A stretch of 64,000 nucleotides of DNA from Spirochaetia bacterium (lineage in GTDB: Bacteria; Spirochaetota; Spirochaetia; SZUA-6; Bin103), in NCBI GenBank assembly GCA_965199955.1, contig CBDATQ010000002.1, forward strand, positions 1,120,001 to 1,184,000, read 5' to 3'. The notes below the pieces were generated by a model. The model ran no database searches. It saw nothing but the letters and a program-made list of their open reading frames with translations, and was not told where the DNA came from. The translations under genes and the position numbers were made by a program. This document shows positions 41,415 to 52,238 of the stretch, piece after piece (the first letter of the stretch is position 1; the number at the start of each line of letters is the position of its first letter).

Positions 41415-42425
41415 TCAGGGCGTCGAGCAGACCTCCGCCTCGGCACGCGCCAGCAGTGCCTTCATGTACCCGATCGTGTAGGCGGTTTCGGCGCGGCCGT
41501 CGTCGCTCATGATCGGGATGTGGTCCGGGATCAGCACGCCGCGGAAGCCCACGGCCTGCAGCTCCCTCATCACGGGGTACATGTCGGCGTAGCCGTCGTC
41601 CACGAAGGTCTCCACGAAGTGCGGCAACGGGGCGTTCACGTTGCGGAAGTGGACCTTGTGGATCTTGCCCTGCGCGCCGAAGTGGCGGATGGACTCGATC
41701 GCCCCCTTGCCCATCAGGTCGCCGCCCTCCAGCCAGCAGCCCACGCAGAAGCAGATGCCGACGTTGGGGCTGTCGGCGATCTCCATGGCGCGCTGGTAGC
41801 CGTCGAAGCTCGAGAAGATGCAACGCGGCACGCCCGCCAGCATCGGCAGCGGCGGATCGTCGGGATGGATCCCGATCAGGACGCCCGCGTCCTCGGCGAC
41901 CGGCGCCACCTCTCGGATGAAGTGGCTGAAGTTGTCCCAGATCTCCTGTTCCGAGTACTCGCGCCCGTGCGAAAGCGGCAGGTGGTAGCACCGGTCCTGC
42001 CACCTGCCCGACGGGTCGTCCTCCATGTCCAGGGCGCGCGCCGACGCGCCGCCGCGGGTCTCCTCGCGGCCGCTGGTCCAGATGCCGTTGGCCATGTGGG
42101 CGTAGGTGGTGTAGGGGATGCCGGCCTTGCCGAGCGCCCGCAGGTGGCGCTGGTACTCGGCGATCTTGGCGTCGCGGTCGGCCAGGTTCAGGACGATGGC
42201 GTCCTGGTTGTGTACGCCGGAGTTGCCGAAGCCGTAGATCGTCAGCCCGTGCTTCTCGAACAGCTCGCGCCGGCTCGCGTAGTAGTCGTAGCCGGCGTGC
42301 TCGGGACCGGTCCACGCCACGGCGTACTCGACGCCCATCTGCCGTACGAAGCGGAAGTCGGACTCGGTGGGCTCGGCGCTCATCTGCGCCGCGATCTTCA
42401 TTCCCGTGGGGATCGATTCGCTCAT
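41415..42425 (-). CDS. uxuA: Mannonate dehydratase (UxuA) family
   Basis: WDNFSHFIREVAPVAEDAGV, IHPDDPP, CFCVGC, VHFRNV, PDHIP. Confidence 0.8.
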   Translation of the reverse strand: MSESIPTGMKIAAQMSAEPTESDFRFVRQMGVEYAVAWTGPEHAGYDYYASRRELFEKHGLTIYGFGNSGVHNQDAIVLNLADRDAKIAEYQRHLRALGKAGIPYTTYAHMANGIWTSGREETRGGASARALDMEDDPSGRWQDRCYHLPLSHGREYSEQEIWDNFSHFIREVAPVAEDAGVLIGIHPDDPPLPMLAGVPRCIFSSFDGYQRAMEIADSPNVGICFCVGCWLEGGDLMGKGAIESIRHFGAQGKIHKVHFRNVNAPLPHFVETFVDDGYADMYPVMRELQAVGFRGVLIPDHIPIMSDDGRAETAYTIGYMKALLARAEAEVCSTP

Positions 42426-42972
42426 GTCGTCGTCTCCTCCCGGACCAGGGCGCCGTTTCGGTGCTCCCTCAGCGACACCCGCAGATCCGTGCCGGCCTCC
42501 AGGCCGGTGAGCTCAATACTATGCACCCGTCCGTCAGCGAGCGAGACCTCGATGTCGTCCGGTCCCGACGCGTGTACCTCGCGTATGGCGGCCGAGTTGC
42601 GGAACGGCTCCAGTACGTTGAGGAAGCGGGCTTCCTTGCGGTAGTACTTGACCGCGATCGGTTGGCGACTTCGTACTGGAGCAACGCCGTGAGCACGCCG
42701 AACACCGTGGGCGTGACCACGAACGCGACGCTGTAGCCGATCGTGTTGCGCATGAGCAGCGTGAAGTCCTGGGACGTGAACAGGTAGTCGAAGTTCCTGA
42801 ATCCCACCCACGGGCTGCCGAAGATGCCGCGGTTGAATTTGTAGTTCTTGAACGCCATGACGACCCCGCCCATCGGCAGATAGTGAAACAGCAGCAGGTA
42901 GATGAGTGCCGGCGCGGCCAGCGCCGTGTATTCGAGCGACGAGCGGAGTCGCCGTCGCTTCAGCGCCGTCAA
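42422..42972 (-). pseudogene. Deletion scar: 5' part of ABC permease joined to 3' end of an unrelated enzyme gene
   Basis: FHYLPMGG..GSPWVGFRNF..RNT ends ~42660; other frame ARFLNVLEPF...EETTT* is coupled to uxuA. Confidence 0.75.
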
Positions 42973-42997
42973 CGGCTCCCGACGCTCCGCCCGAGGG

Positions 42998-43966
42998 CTA
43001 ATCGGCGAAGTCGGCCGCTTCGCGAGGGGCGAACGGGTAGGGGCTGCCGGTGTCGTGCAGGTGCTGGATCAGGTGCTGGTACTTCAGCATCTCGGCGAGC
43101 TTGCTGCGCCATTGCGTGGCGTAGAAGGCGGTGTGCTCCGAGAAGTAGCGCCGCGTCTCGGGCGCCGTGCCGTCCAGGTAGTCGGGGGCCAGGAACCACG
43201 GCTGATCGCTGTACTGATCGAGCCCGCGCCGGGCCAGCGTGGCTTCGGTCACGCGCCGCTTGCGGAAGCTGATCATGAAGGTACGGCGGGGCGGCTCGCG
43301 GTGGTAGCGGCCGCGGTGGATGACGATCTGGTTGAACAGCACGGCGTCCCCCGGTTGCAGGGCGAGGCGGACCGCGCCCGGCATGTCGTGGGAGCGCCGG
43401 TTGGCGCCGTCGTCGTCCACGCAGATGTGCCGCTCCGCGTCGGTGAAGTCGCGCACGTGGGAGCCCGGGACGACCTGCAGGTCCTCGCTCGGGACCAGCG
43501 CGACCTGCACCTGCAGGCCGCTGCCGGTGGCGTGGTCGCGCGGATCGTCGGCTTCCGGGCCGATCGCGTCCTTGTGCCAGAAGCCGTCGAGCGGCTCGCC
43601 GACAGGGTTGAAGTACATGCTGGTGCTGGTGAACACGGAGGGCTCGCCCAGCGCCTGGTCGACCGCGTCCAGCACGGCCGGCGCCGCCGCGGCGTCCAGG
43701 ACGGCGGCCAGGTCCTCGGGCCGGCCGCGGTGGTAGGCGGGGTTGTTCAGGTGGCGCATGTGGTTGGCGAGCGAGTCGACCGGCGGGTTGTCGCTCAGGG
43801 GGCGCTCCCGCCACTGGGCGAGGACCCGCTCGCAGATCGGCAGCAGCCGCGCGACGCGGTCGGCGTCGAAGATGCCGCGGACGACCGCGTAGCCGGTGCG
43901 GCGGTACCCGTCGCCGGGGTCCGTGTTGATGGCAGGTTGCGTCATTTCGTTCCCGGTCTCAGTCAT
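42998..43966 (-). CDS. PhyH-family dioxygenase
   Basis: AAGGAG RBS; WHKD, VVPGSH, LQPGDAVLF, IHRG. Confidence 0.82.
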   Translation of the reverse strand: MTETGNEMTQPAINTDPGDGYRRTGYAVVRGIFDADRVARLLPICERVLAQWRERPLSDNPPVDSLANHMRHLNNPAYHRGRPEDLAAVLDAAAAPAVLDAVDQALGEPSVFTSTSMYFNPVGEPLDGFWHKDAIGPEADDPRDHATGSGLQVQVALVPSEDLQVVPGSHVRDFTDAERHICVDDDGANRRSHDMPGAVRLALQPGDAVLFNQIVIHRGRYHREPPRRTFMISFRKRRVTEATLARRGLDQYSDQPWFLAPDYLDGTAPETRRYFSEHTAFYATQWRSKLAEMLKYQHLIQHLHDTGSPYPFAPREAADFAD

Positions 43967-43980
43967 CGTTTGAGCTCCTT

Positions 43981-45081
43981 TCAGGCATAGAGCCATTCGA
44001 TGTCGAAGATGGCGCCCTTGAGCGACATGGCCGCCCGGCCGAGCTTGCCCGGATGCTCCGGGTTCTCCATCTGCGAAGTCAGGTAGGTGACGACCGCCTT
44101 CCCCTCACGCGTGTAGGAGCAGGCGACGTTCGTGAATTCGATGACGGGATCGTCTTCCAGATCCCTGGGTGGGCCCCAGGTGGTTCCACCATCGGTGGAC
44201 ACCGCGCAGGTCAGCGGCGTGCGCTTGCCGGAGTGGTCGTAGGTGGGGTCGAACTCCGAGTGGTTCCAGATCAGCAGCAGGTCGCCGGTCGTAGGGATGC
44301 GCGTCAGGCTCGGCATCGACTCGCAGCAGGACAGCCCGGAAGTCTGCGGCAGGCTCCAGGTCTCGCCGCGATCCGTCGAGCGGCTCAGGAACACTGAGCC
44401 GAGCTGGTTGCGCATGCACATCTGCAGCCCGCCCTGCGCGGTCTCGACGACGTGGTTCTCCATGGTCCCGCGCAGCGGCAATTGCACGAGGCTTGCCGGC
44501 GGCCGCCACGTCCGGCCGTCGTCATCGCTCACGAAACAGCCCGACCGGGAGGTCATCGCGGGGTAGGAGCCCCACACCGGCAGGTACTCGACCGACTTCA
44601 GCAGTCGTCCGTCGTCCAGCCGCGTGAAGGTGTGGTTGGCGCAGCCGTAGCCCTCGTGGTCCCAGATGCGGCTCTCCTCGCCCCACGTGCGCCCGCCGTC
44701 GGCGGAGCGGCGCAGGCAGCCGGATGCCTGCAACGGCTCGTTCCACACCAGTCGGTGGTACTGCAGGTAGAAGAACAACAGCTCGCCACCCGGCAGGACG
44801 ATCAGGCTGGGGTTGTAGACGCTGTGGATGTCGCCGCCCGGCGACTGCTCGATGCGATGCTCGCCCCAGGTCAGGCCGCCGTCGGTCGAGCGCATGGACG
44901 CGATGCTGGACGGCGCCTCGTCGTGGCCGCCGAGCTCGCTGGCATGCATCTCGATCCAGACCATGAACAGGCTGCCGTCGTCGAGCTGCACGATCGACGC
45001 CGAATCGTTGCGCGGATGGGCGTCGGTCGCCGGCGCGATCTCAACGTAGGTGACAAGCCGGTCGCTGCGGCGGCCCTCCAT
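43981..45081 (-). CDS. Sialidase-family BNR protein
   Basis: STDGGLTW, SADGGRTW, SDDDGRTW, STDRGETW, STDGGTTW, RTPLT. Confidence 0.88.
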   Translation of the reverse strand: MEGRRSDRLVTYVEIAPATDAHPRNDSASIVQLDDGSLFMVWIEMHASELGGHDEAPSSIASMRSTDGGLTWGEHRIEQSPGGDIHSVYNPSLIVLPGGELLFFYLQYHRLVWNEPLQASGCLRRSADGGRTWGEESRIWDHEGYGCANHTFTRLDDGRLLKSVEYLPVWGSYPAMTSRSGCFVSDDDGRTWRPPASLVQLPLRGTMENHVVETAQGGLQMCMRNQLGSVFLSRSTDRGETWSLPQTSGLSCCESMPSLTRIPTTGDLLLIWNHSEFDPTYDHSGKRTPLTCAVSTDGGTTWGPPRDLEDDPVIEFTNVACSYTREGKAVVTYLTSQMENPEHPGKLGRAAMSLKGAIFDIEWLYA

Positions 45082-45842
45082 CAGATCTTCCCGGCCTTGC
45101 GGAGGTCGTCGGCGAGCTCGCGCTGGTAGGCCTCGTGCTCCTCGGTGCGCTCGCGGGCGCTTGCGCCATAGTAGATCATGCCGACCGCGCGGCGCTGGCG
45201 GTCGGCCGCCCGGTTGGCGCCGGCGCGGTGGATGGTCAGCGCGTGGTGGGCGATCAGGTCGCCGGCCGCGGCCGGGCAGGCCACCTCGTCAGCCAGATCC
45301 TTCCGGTTGCCGAAGTCGGGGACCCCCTGCGAGAAGCCCAGGGTCTGCGTGCGTTGATGGTCGCGCACGCCGCGCAGGTGCGAGCCGCGCACGAAGTGCA
45401 GGCAGCCGTTCTCCTCGTCCACGTCGTCGAGCGCCAGCCACAGGGTCAGTGCGGAGCACGGCTCCAGGTGGAAGTAGAACCCGTCCTGGTGCGGCGGAGT
45501 CGCCTTGCTCAGGCCGCCGGGCGGCTTGATGAAGATCTGCTGGTTGATGGGCCGAGACTCCTCGCCGAGCAGCAGCGCCGCCATCTGCGGCATGGCGCCG
45601 CGGTGCAGCAGGGCATGGAAGTACCGGTCGTGATCGGCCAGGCGGACGAGCTGCTTGAGCGTCTCCGGCCGGCTCTTGTCCTCGTAGTAGGCGTCGGTGC
45701 CGGGAATGGCCGGCACCACCTCGGCGACGTAACGGTCGAGCTCCGCCAGCACCTCGGCGACTTGGCTTGGCGAGTAGAAGCGCTCGATGCGGACGAAGCC
45801 GTCCTCCGCGAAGCGCTCCTCGGGGGAATCAGCGTTCCTCAT
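45081..45842 (-). CDS. PhyH-family dioxygenase
   Basis: TPPHQDG, WLALDDVDEENGCL..GSH, IHRAGAN..R. Confidence 0.9.
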   Translation of the reverse strand: MRNADSPEERFAEDGFVRIERFYSPSQVAEVLAELDRYVAEVVPAIPGTDAYYEDKSRPETLKQLVRLADHDRYFHALLHRGAMPQMAALLLGEESRPINQQIFIKPPGGLSKATPPHQDGFYFHLEPCSALTLWLALDDVDEENGCLHFVRGSHLRGVRDHQRTQTLGFSQGVPDFGNRKDLADEVACPAAAGDLIAHHALTIHRAGANRAADRQRRAVGMIYYGASARERTEEHEAYQRELADDLRKAGKI

Positions 45843-45899
45843 CGCAAGCGACCGTAGGAGCGGACCGTCCGTCCGTCAACCTGCTACCCTGTCGCCACG

Positions 45900-47243
45900 T
45901 TGCCGGTGACCTTCGACTGGGCGGGCAGCCGCTGGCAGGACCCCTGGACCGGAACCGAGGTGGTGCGCCTGGTGCCCGAGGAGGGGCTGCACGTGCGCAT
46001 TAGCTACTTCCGGTCGACCGCGCTCACGCGCGACGGCGCCCTGCTCGTGCTGCGTGGCGACGACCCGGAGGGCCGCCGGCCGTCCTGCCTCTGGGCCATC
46101 GACCTGCAGAGCGGCCACGCCGAGCGCATCCACGAGTACCGGGTCTTCGACGACGGCAGCGATGGCCTGGCCGGCTGGGCGGTCTCGCCGCAGTCGCATC
46201 TGCTGCACGTGGCGGAGCACTCGGGCGACCGGCCGGAGATCGTGCGCATCGACCTGGACGACGGCGCGAAGACCCGCATCGAGCCCGAACGCCCGCTGCC
46301 GCCTGTCGTGTTCGCCGAGTGCACGGCCGACGACCGCTACACGTTCGCCTACGAGGCGCTGAAGGACCGCGACCTGCCTGCCGGCACGACGCCTCTGGAG
46401 CGGTCGGCGATCCTGGGTTCGGAGCCCGGCCCCAACCTGATGTACCGGATCGACCTGGTGACGGGGGCCGTCGACACGATCGTCGAAACGGACCGGTTCT
46501 GGGTCGGCCATCCCAACCCCAATCCGGTCGATCCGTCACTCTTCATGTGCTGCCAGGAGGGCTACTACTTCACCGAGCGCTACCGGCGCCCGGTCGACAT
46601 GCAGCGCCAGCGCATCGTCGACCTGTCCACTGGCCGCTGGCTCGACCTGCAGGGAAGGCTGCGCTCGCGCGGCACCCACGAGCACTGGAGCGCCGACGGC
46701 GCGCGGGTCTATTCGCACGGCTGGCCCTTCGCGTGCCACGCCATCTACGTGAACGACCTCGAGCGGGAGCGCGCGACCCGCTACATCGGGCGCCCGCACG
46801 TGGGCAATTCCATCCATATGACACCTGCGCCCGACGAGTCGTTCATGACCGGCGACGGGCGCAGCTTCAGCGTCGTCGACCTCGGCCTCATCGAGAGCCT
46901 GGGGCAGGACGCGAGTCCCACCTCGACCCACCCGTGGGACGGGCTGCACAACAGTGCCTCCGCCACCGAGGTCATCTGGAAGTTCGATCTGCCCGAACGG
47001 ACGCTGTGGCCGGAGGTGCGGGAGTTCCAGACCGAGGCGGAGGCGCACCAGGCGATCGCCGAGAACCCCGATCACGTGGTCGGAACCACCCCGATCTGCC
47101 GTTTCCGCAGCATGCCGCGGCTGAAGATGAGGGCCGGCCGCTTCGAGACCAACGTGCACGTCACCCGCGACAGCCGCTGGGCGGTGTTCCAGTCGGCGAG
47201 CGAGCAGGGTCTGTACGAGGTCTGGGCCGCGCGCGTGACGTAG
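45900..47243 (+). CDS. Divergent oligogalacturonate-lyase-like beta-propeller
   Basis: DPWTGTEVVRL, GHPNPNP, CQEG, THEHWS, DSRWAVFQS. Confidence 0.6.
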   Translation: MPVTFDWAGSRWQDPWTGTEVVRLVPEEGLHVRISYFRSTALTRDGALLVLRGDDPEGRRPSCLWAIDLQSGHAERIHEYRVFDDGSDGLAGWAVSPQSHLLHVAEHSGDRPEIVRIDLDDGAKTRIEPERPLPPVVFAECTADDRYTFAYEALKDRDLPAGTTPLERSAILGSEPGPNLMYRIDLVTGAVDTIVETDRFWVGHPNPNPVDPSLFMCCQEGYYFTERYRRPVDMQRQRIVDLSTGRWLDLQGRLRSRGTHEHWSADGARVYSHGWPFACHAIYVNDLERERATRYIGRPHVGNSIHMTPAPDESFMTGDGRSFSVVDLGLIESLGQDASPTSTHPWDGLHNSASATEVIWKFDLPERTLWPEVREFQTEAEAHQAIAENPDHVVGTTPICRFRSMPRLKMRAGRFETNVHVTRDSRWAVFQSASEQGLYEVWAARVT

Positions 47244-47250
47244 CGCCCCT

Positions 47251-47557
47251 TTACAGCCGGGAAACGCTCCGGAACTCGTCGAACAGCCGCGGCAGGTCGA
47301 CCGCCGAGGTAGCTGTGCCCGTCCTGCCCGAAGTAGAGCTCGCCGTCGGTGGCCTCGAACTCCGAGTCGACGTCGATGGTGTAGCAGCCTCGTGCCAGGG
47401 CGAAGCGCACGGTGCGGCGTTCCGTGCACACGCGCTCCGGTTCGCTCCCGTCGGTGCCCTCGGCCGGCGCGAAGAACTCCCGCAGCGGCGGCGGCACGTC
47501 CACCTTGGGGACCCACTCGTTGCGCGCCGCCAGGACGACGGCATCCGCTGTCAGCCC
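47251..47557 (-). pseudogene. Relic of PmoA/DUF6807-like gene
   Basis: ERRTVRF..IDVDSEFEATDGELYFGQDGHSYLG internal fragment joined to VDLPRLFDEF tail; no N-terminus. Confidence 0.45.
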
Positions 47558-48640
47558 TCAGCGACTCAGTTGCCGCACCATCCACGGGATCGACTCGCCG
47601 CCGTGGAACAGGTGCCCACCGGCGTACCGGTGGATCCCCAGGTGCTCACGTGCGCCGAGCAGCGTGTACGCCTCCGCGACCATGTCGAAGGCGGGCTGAT
47701 ACGGATAGCCCGTGTCCGACTCGCCCGACTCGACGAACTGCGGCCGCGGCGCGATCAGGGCGGAGATGTCGGGCATGTCGCACAGGCGGCCGATGCCGAA
47801 GGGGTGGTGGCAGATGCAGTGGCTGTGCCAGACGGTCTGCACGAAGGTGGTGAAGAAGCCGGAGAGCACCACTGCCCGCACGCGGCGGTCCAGCGCGGTG
47901 AGCACCTGCGACAGCCAGCAGCCTCCCGACAGGCCGGCGCAGCCGATGCGCCGGGCGTCCACCTCGGGACGCGCCGCCAGCAGGTTGAGCGCCGCCATGA
48001 GTTCGAACACGCGCAGGCCGGTCAGGTCCAGGCCCACGTGGTTGAGCCGGAACCACAGTGCATGGCAGGGGCCGGGGCTCTTCGCCGGGTCGTGCTCGGG
48101 GCCGCCGCCGCGCTCCCCCACGCCGGCGTGCTCGGGCGCCAGGGCGACCAGGCCGCGGACGGCGAACTCGTGCGCGTAGGGGACGCCGACGTTGGCGACG
48201 GCCGCCTGTTCCGGGTCCGCCACCGCGCGGCTCTGGCCGTTCACGTGTCCATGTGGACACAGGACCGCGGCCCGCGGGGTGGCCGGTTCATCGTCACCAT
48301 CGGGTACCAGCAGGTAGGCGCGCGCCCAGTTGCCGGGCAGGGTCTCGTACGCCAGCTTGTGGCGCTTGTAGCCGTCGCACTCGACGGTCTCCAGGACGAC
48401 CGGCTGCGGGCGCGGCACCGGGCCAAGCCGCGACAGGGCCAGCGTGCGGCGCAGCGCGCGGCGCAGGCGGCCTCGCCAGGAGAGCCACGCCTCACGGTCG
48501 GCGGTCTGCGGGTACGGCAGCGCCCGCTCGAAGTCGAAGTAGTGGTCGTTCAGGTAGCGGAGGGTGCTCGGCGGCTCGTGCGGGCCCAGCGGGTGGCGCG
48601 GCTCGATCAGCGGCTGGCCGCTCTGGGTGACCCTTCTCAT
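47558..48640 (-). CDS. Alpha/beta hydrolase (acetyl esterase/dienelactone hydrolase-like)
   Basis: LCPHGH, GCAGLSGG nucleophile elbow, LIAPRP, GGHLF. Confidence 0.85.
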   Translation of the reverse strand: MRRVTQSGQPLIEPRHPLGPHEPPSTLRYLNDHYFDFERALPYPQTADREAWLSWRGRLRRALRRTLALSRLGPVPRPQPVVLETVECDGYKRHKLAYETLPGNWARAYLLVPDGDDEPATPRAAVLCPHGHVNGQSRAVADPEQAAVANVGVPYAHEFAVRGLVALAPEHAGVGERGGGPEHDPAKSPGPCHALWFRLNHVGLDLTGLRVFELMAALNLLAARPEVDARRIGCAGLSGGCWLSQVLTALDRRVRAVVLSGFFTTFVQTVWHSHCICHHPFGIGRLCDMPDISALIAPRPQFVESGESDTGYPYQPAFDMVAEAYTLLGAREHLGIHRYAGGHLFHGGESIPWMVRQLSR

Positions 48641-49415
48641 GCCGGGCTCAGGGTGTGGTCGATCCCCAGCTTGATCGAGCGCTCAGGATGCGCGTTCAGC
48701 GCCAGGTAGGCGTGGGCGGCGCGCGCCATCGGCACGATCGGATCGACCAGGGCCTCGGCCTGAAGCCGCCCTTCCTCCAGCAACGCCACCACCTCGGGCT
48801 TGATCCGCTCGTCCCAACTGTACTCGCGCGGCTGCGGCGGCACGGCGCTGCTCGATCGGGTCGCTGGCTGCCACCCAGCGCGCTCCGGACAGCTTGGCCA
48901 TCTGCACCGCCATCTGCCCGATGGCGCCGAGTCCGAACACGGCCACCCGCTCACCGAGCCGCACCTGCCCGTCGCGGATGCCGCCCAGGGCGTACATCGC
49001 CGCCTCGTCGTACACCAAGGTTCTGGTTGGAGACCGCATGCGGCACGGTCCGCAGGGAGAAGTGCTCCACCGGGATGACGTGGGTGTCGGCCACGCTGCC
49101 GTGCGCGTAGACCCGGTCGCCCACCTGCACGCCATGGCCCCGGGCACCGACCTCCGTCACGATGCCGACGAATCCCTCGCCGAGCTTCTTGGGGAAGCGG
49201 GGCACCGCCGGCTCTCCGCGCCGGTGCAGCCTGAGATCCGGGTCCTAGCGGTCGGTGGCGTCGGCCGAGTCGAACCGGAAGTCCCGGAACTCCGTGCCGT
49301 GCTTCACCGCGCTGAACCGGGTGGTTATCCGCACCTCGCCGGCCGCGAGCGGCGGATCCTCGTATTCGCGCAGGACGGCGTGACCGGGCCGGTCGGCGAT
49401 CAGCTCGAGCGGCAT
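48637..49415 (-). pseudogene. MDR/zinc-binding dehydrogenase pseudogene
   Basis: SAVKHGTE, in-frame TAG at 49245-49247, VGDRVY, frameshift ~49018, VFGLGAIG, internal deletion ~48845. Confidence 0.8.
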
Positions 49416-49454
49416 TCGGTGACGGTAGGGCCGGGCCGGTTCGGCGTCAACCAG

Positions 49455-50781
49455 CTACCAAGCCGTTTCCCGGCAGAAGTAGACGCGGTTCTGGAAGCCG
49501 GGATCCTCCCGGGTGCCCGGCACCGGTCGCGAGGTGCGGTCGAAGTAGAGGATCCCGCGGCCCCCCCGGCCACGGGACGCCCGACACCGGAAGCTCGTAC
49601 TTGGGCGATCGCGCCTCCGCGGCGGCCGGAAACGCTTCCTGGACGGTGAAGGTGGCGCCGCGGTCGCGCGAGACCAGCCACACGACCGGGTTGTCGGCGT
49701 CCGGGTCGGCGGCCGGCACCCTGCCGCCGGCAATCCCGCGCAGTCCCGGCCGGGTCGGCAGGTGACCGTCCCACCCGGAGTGATCGGCGGGCACCAGCGT
49801 GACGAGCGAGCGAAAGACGCCGTCCGCGTCGATCGTGAAGGTGCCGCGGCAGAACATGGCGCGGTGCCCGGGGTAAGCCGACCGGAGCGAAGCGTCGATC
49901 GATCGCTGGCGCCAGATGCCCGACTCGTCCGGCGATGCCAGGATCATCTCACCGGCACGGTTCAGGTGGTAGAGGTAGAGAACATGGGGCGTGCCCTCCG
50001 GGTCCAGCGCGATGCTGCCCTGCGCGGTCAGGACCGGCGGAGGGATCGACTCGTGCCGCAGGCCGGTGCTCTGACAGAGCACGTCCATGCCGCACGGGCG
50101 GGCCGGAGTCAGGGCCGGCTTGCCGCGGCAGGTGCGCCAGTTCCGTCCCCCGTCCGGTGACTGCAGGTAGACGATCGCCTGGTGGATGCCGCGCTGCTCG
50201 TGGGTGCCCTCGTAGATGTCGCACACCAGGTGCAGCACGCCGTCGCCGTCGAAGCGGAGGCCGCAGGCGAAGCAGGCGTATCCGGGGTAGTCGGCCAGCC
50301 GGTCGATGACCTTGCCGACGTGGTGCCACGGCCCGTCGGGCGGCCGGCGATACAGCTCCAGGCCGTTCTGAGCGCCGTGGCGCATGCCGAGGTAGAGGTT
50401 CCCGTCGGGCCTGCAGACCAGGCAGGGGTAGGTGCCGTCGGCGATCTCCTCCGGATCGGTCCACGCCGACGCGTCGTTGGCCGCGCGTGAGCGCCGGTAG
50501 GTGCAGGCCGTGTTGTGACCGCTCAGGACCGCGTGCAGAAACCCGTCGGCGTCGGCCACCAACACCGCGCGGGCGTGGTCGTCGTAGGCGCTGCCCAGGG
50601 TGCAGGTGGGAGACCATTCGCCGCTGTCGAGATCCAGCGTGCGCACGCGGTTGAAGTAGCCCTCCGGGGTGACGTCCTGCCACGTCACGTGCGTGCGGCG
50701 GCCCACGGTGACGATCTTGTTGCCGCCCTCGTTGGTCGCCGACTGGCTGCCGGCGGTGGAGATCAGGTCGCAGTTGCGCAT
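49455..50781 (-). CDS. BNR-4-like repeat propeller protein; frameshift near C-terminus in G7 run (~49561)
   Basis: DDHAR, DGFLHAV, GTYP, SPDGGRNW, SRDRGATF; alternative-frame tail ILYFD..NRVYF. Confidence 0.72.
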
Positions 50782-50855
50782 GAGGAATCATCCTACGGCC
50801 ATCCGCACGCGTCGACCCGTAGCTCGGGGGCCCGTCCACCTGCTACCATGGACTC

Positions 50856-52205
50856 ATGCTGAAGTTCGGGTGCGCAACACGGGACATCACGCCGGATCGG
50901 CCGGTCTGGATGGGAGGCTACGCCAACCGCGACGGGCCATCGACGGGGGCCAGTGAGCCGATCCTGGCCGGCTGCATCGCCGTGCAGACCGGTGAGGGTC
51001 AGGCCGACGGCGGGGCGCCGGCGCTGATCGTCACCCTGGACCTGGTCGGCGTGCATGACGCGGCGGCGCGGGCTCTTGCCGGCCGCATCGCCGAGCGGAC
51101 CGGCGTCCCGGTGGAGCGCATCATGCTTGCCTGCTCGCACACCCACTACGCGCCGGCGGCGGGACTGCAGCGGATCTATCGCCCGCACGTGGGATGGAAC
51201 GGCATCAACGACGCGGACGCTGCCTACGTGGACGAGATGACCACCAAGGTGGTCTCCGCATGCGCAGAGGCGGTGGGCCGCCTGGCGCCGGGCACGGTCG
51301 AGGTGCTGCGCACCCGCGTGCCGCAGGTCCACTACAACCGGCGCATCCGCCAGCACGACGGCTCGGTGGCCACCACCTTCCGCTACCCAAACGGCACCGA
51401 TCCGGCTCCGGAGCTGTCACCCACCGACGACCGCCTGACGGCGCTGCGCTTCCGCGCCGCCGAATCCGGCGACGTGGGCGCGATTCTCGTGCACTTCGGC
51501 TGCCACACGGTCACCGGTGACCGGCACGGGGACGGCACGTCGCTGCTCGTGTCGTCCGACTTCGTGCACTACCTGAGAAGCGCGCTGGCCGAAGAATACG
51601 GCTCTCCGGTGTTCTTCGCGCAGGCGGCGGCCGGCGACGTCGTGCCGATGCGCCGCCTGGGCGAGTCGCGGCGTTGGATCGGCGAGACCCTCGCGCACGC
51701 CGTGCTGCTCGGCGAACGGGCGTTTCGTCCCGTCTCCGCCGAGCGGGTGGCAGTGACCTGGGATGAGCTTCGTGCACGCGTGCGCCACGACCTGACCGGC
51801 GACCCGGAGGCCCGGCTGCAAGCTGCCGCCGACCAGCTCCGGGCCGCTCCCGGAGGACAGGACGAGGCGGTGCGTGACGCCTACCTGGAGGCGCTGCACC
51901 TGGCCTACGCGGCGCGCCGGTGGCCGGAGCGCTCCTTCACCGTCCGCATCCAGCAGGTGCGGATCGGCGATCTGCCGCTGGTGGCCCTGCCCTTCGAGGT
52001 GCTGGCCGAGCTCGGGCTGCGCGTGGCCGATCGCTTCCCGGACGCCTTGGTTATCTCCTACGCGAACGGCTACGAGGGCTACCTGCCGTTCCGGCACGAC
52101 CTCGCCGCCGGCGGCTACGAGGCGCAGACCGGCTCGGCCCACTTCGAGCCCGGCACCGCCGAGCGGATTCTCGACGCGGTGCTGCGCGGCCTGGAGCGTC
52201 GCTGA
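50856..52205 (+). CDS. Neutral/alkaline ceramidase-like amidohydrolase
   Basis: DITP..MGGYANR, CSHTH, HFGCH, AAGDV, PFEV, YANGYEGYLP, GGYE. Confidence 0.8.
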   Translation: MLKFGCATRDITPDRPVWMGGYANRDGPSTGASEPILAGCIAVQTGEGQADGGAPALIVTLDLVGVHDAAARALAGRIAERTGVPVERIMLACSHTHYAPAAGLQRIYRPHVGWNGINDADAAYVDEMTTKVVSACAEAVGRLAPGTVEVLRTRVPQVHYNRRIRQHDGSVATTFRYPNGTDPAPELSPTDDRLTALRFRAAESGDVGAILVHFGCHTVTGDRHGDGTSLLVSSDFVHYLRSALAEEYGSPVFFAQAAAGDVVPMRRLGESRRWIGETLAHAVLLGERAFRPVSAERVAVTWDELRARVRHDLTGDPEARLQAAADQLRAAPGGQDEAVRDAYLEALHLAYAARRWPERSFTVRIQQVRIGDLPLVALPFEVLAELGLRVADRFPDALVISYANGYEGYLPFRHDLAAGGYEAQTGSAHFEPGTAERILDAVLRGLERR

Positions 52206-52238
52206 GCGCCGACCGGCACCTGGCCGGACGGCCGGCGT

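Noticed and set aside
31177..50781. Programmed frameshifting or phase variation at G7 runs (32036-32042, 49561-49567)
   Set aside because: Runs are short and equally explained by sequencing error or decay; needs reads.
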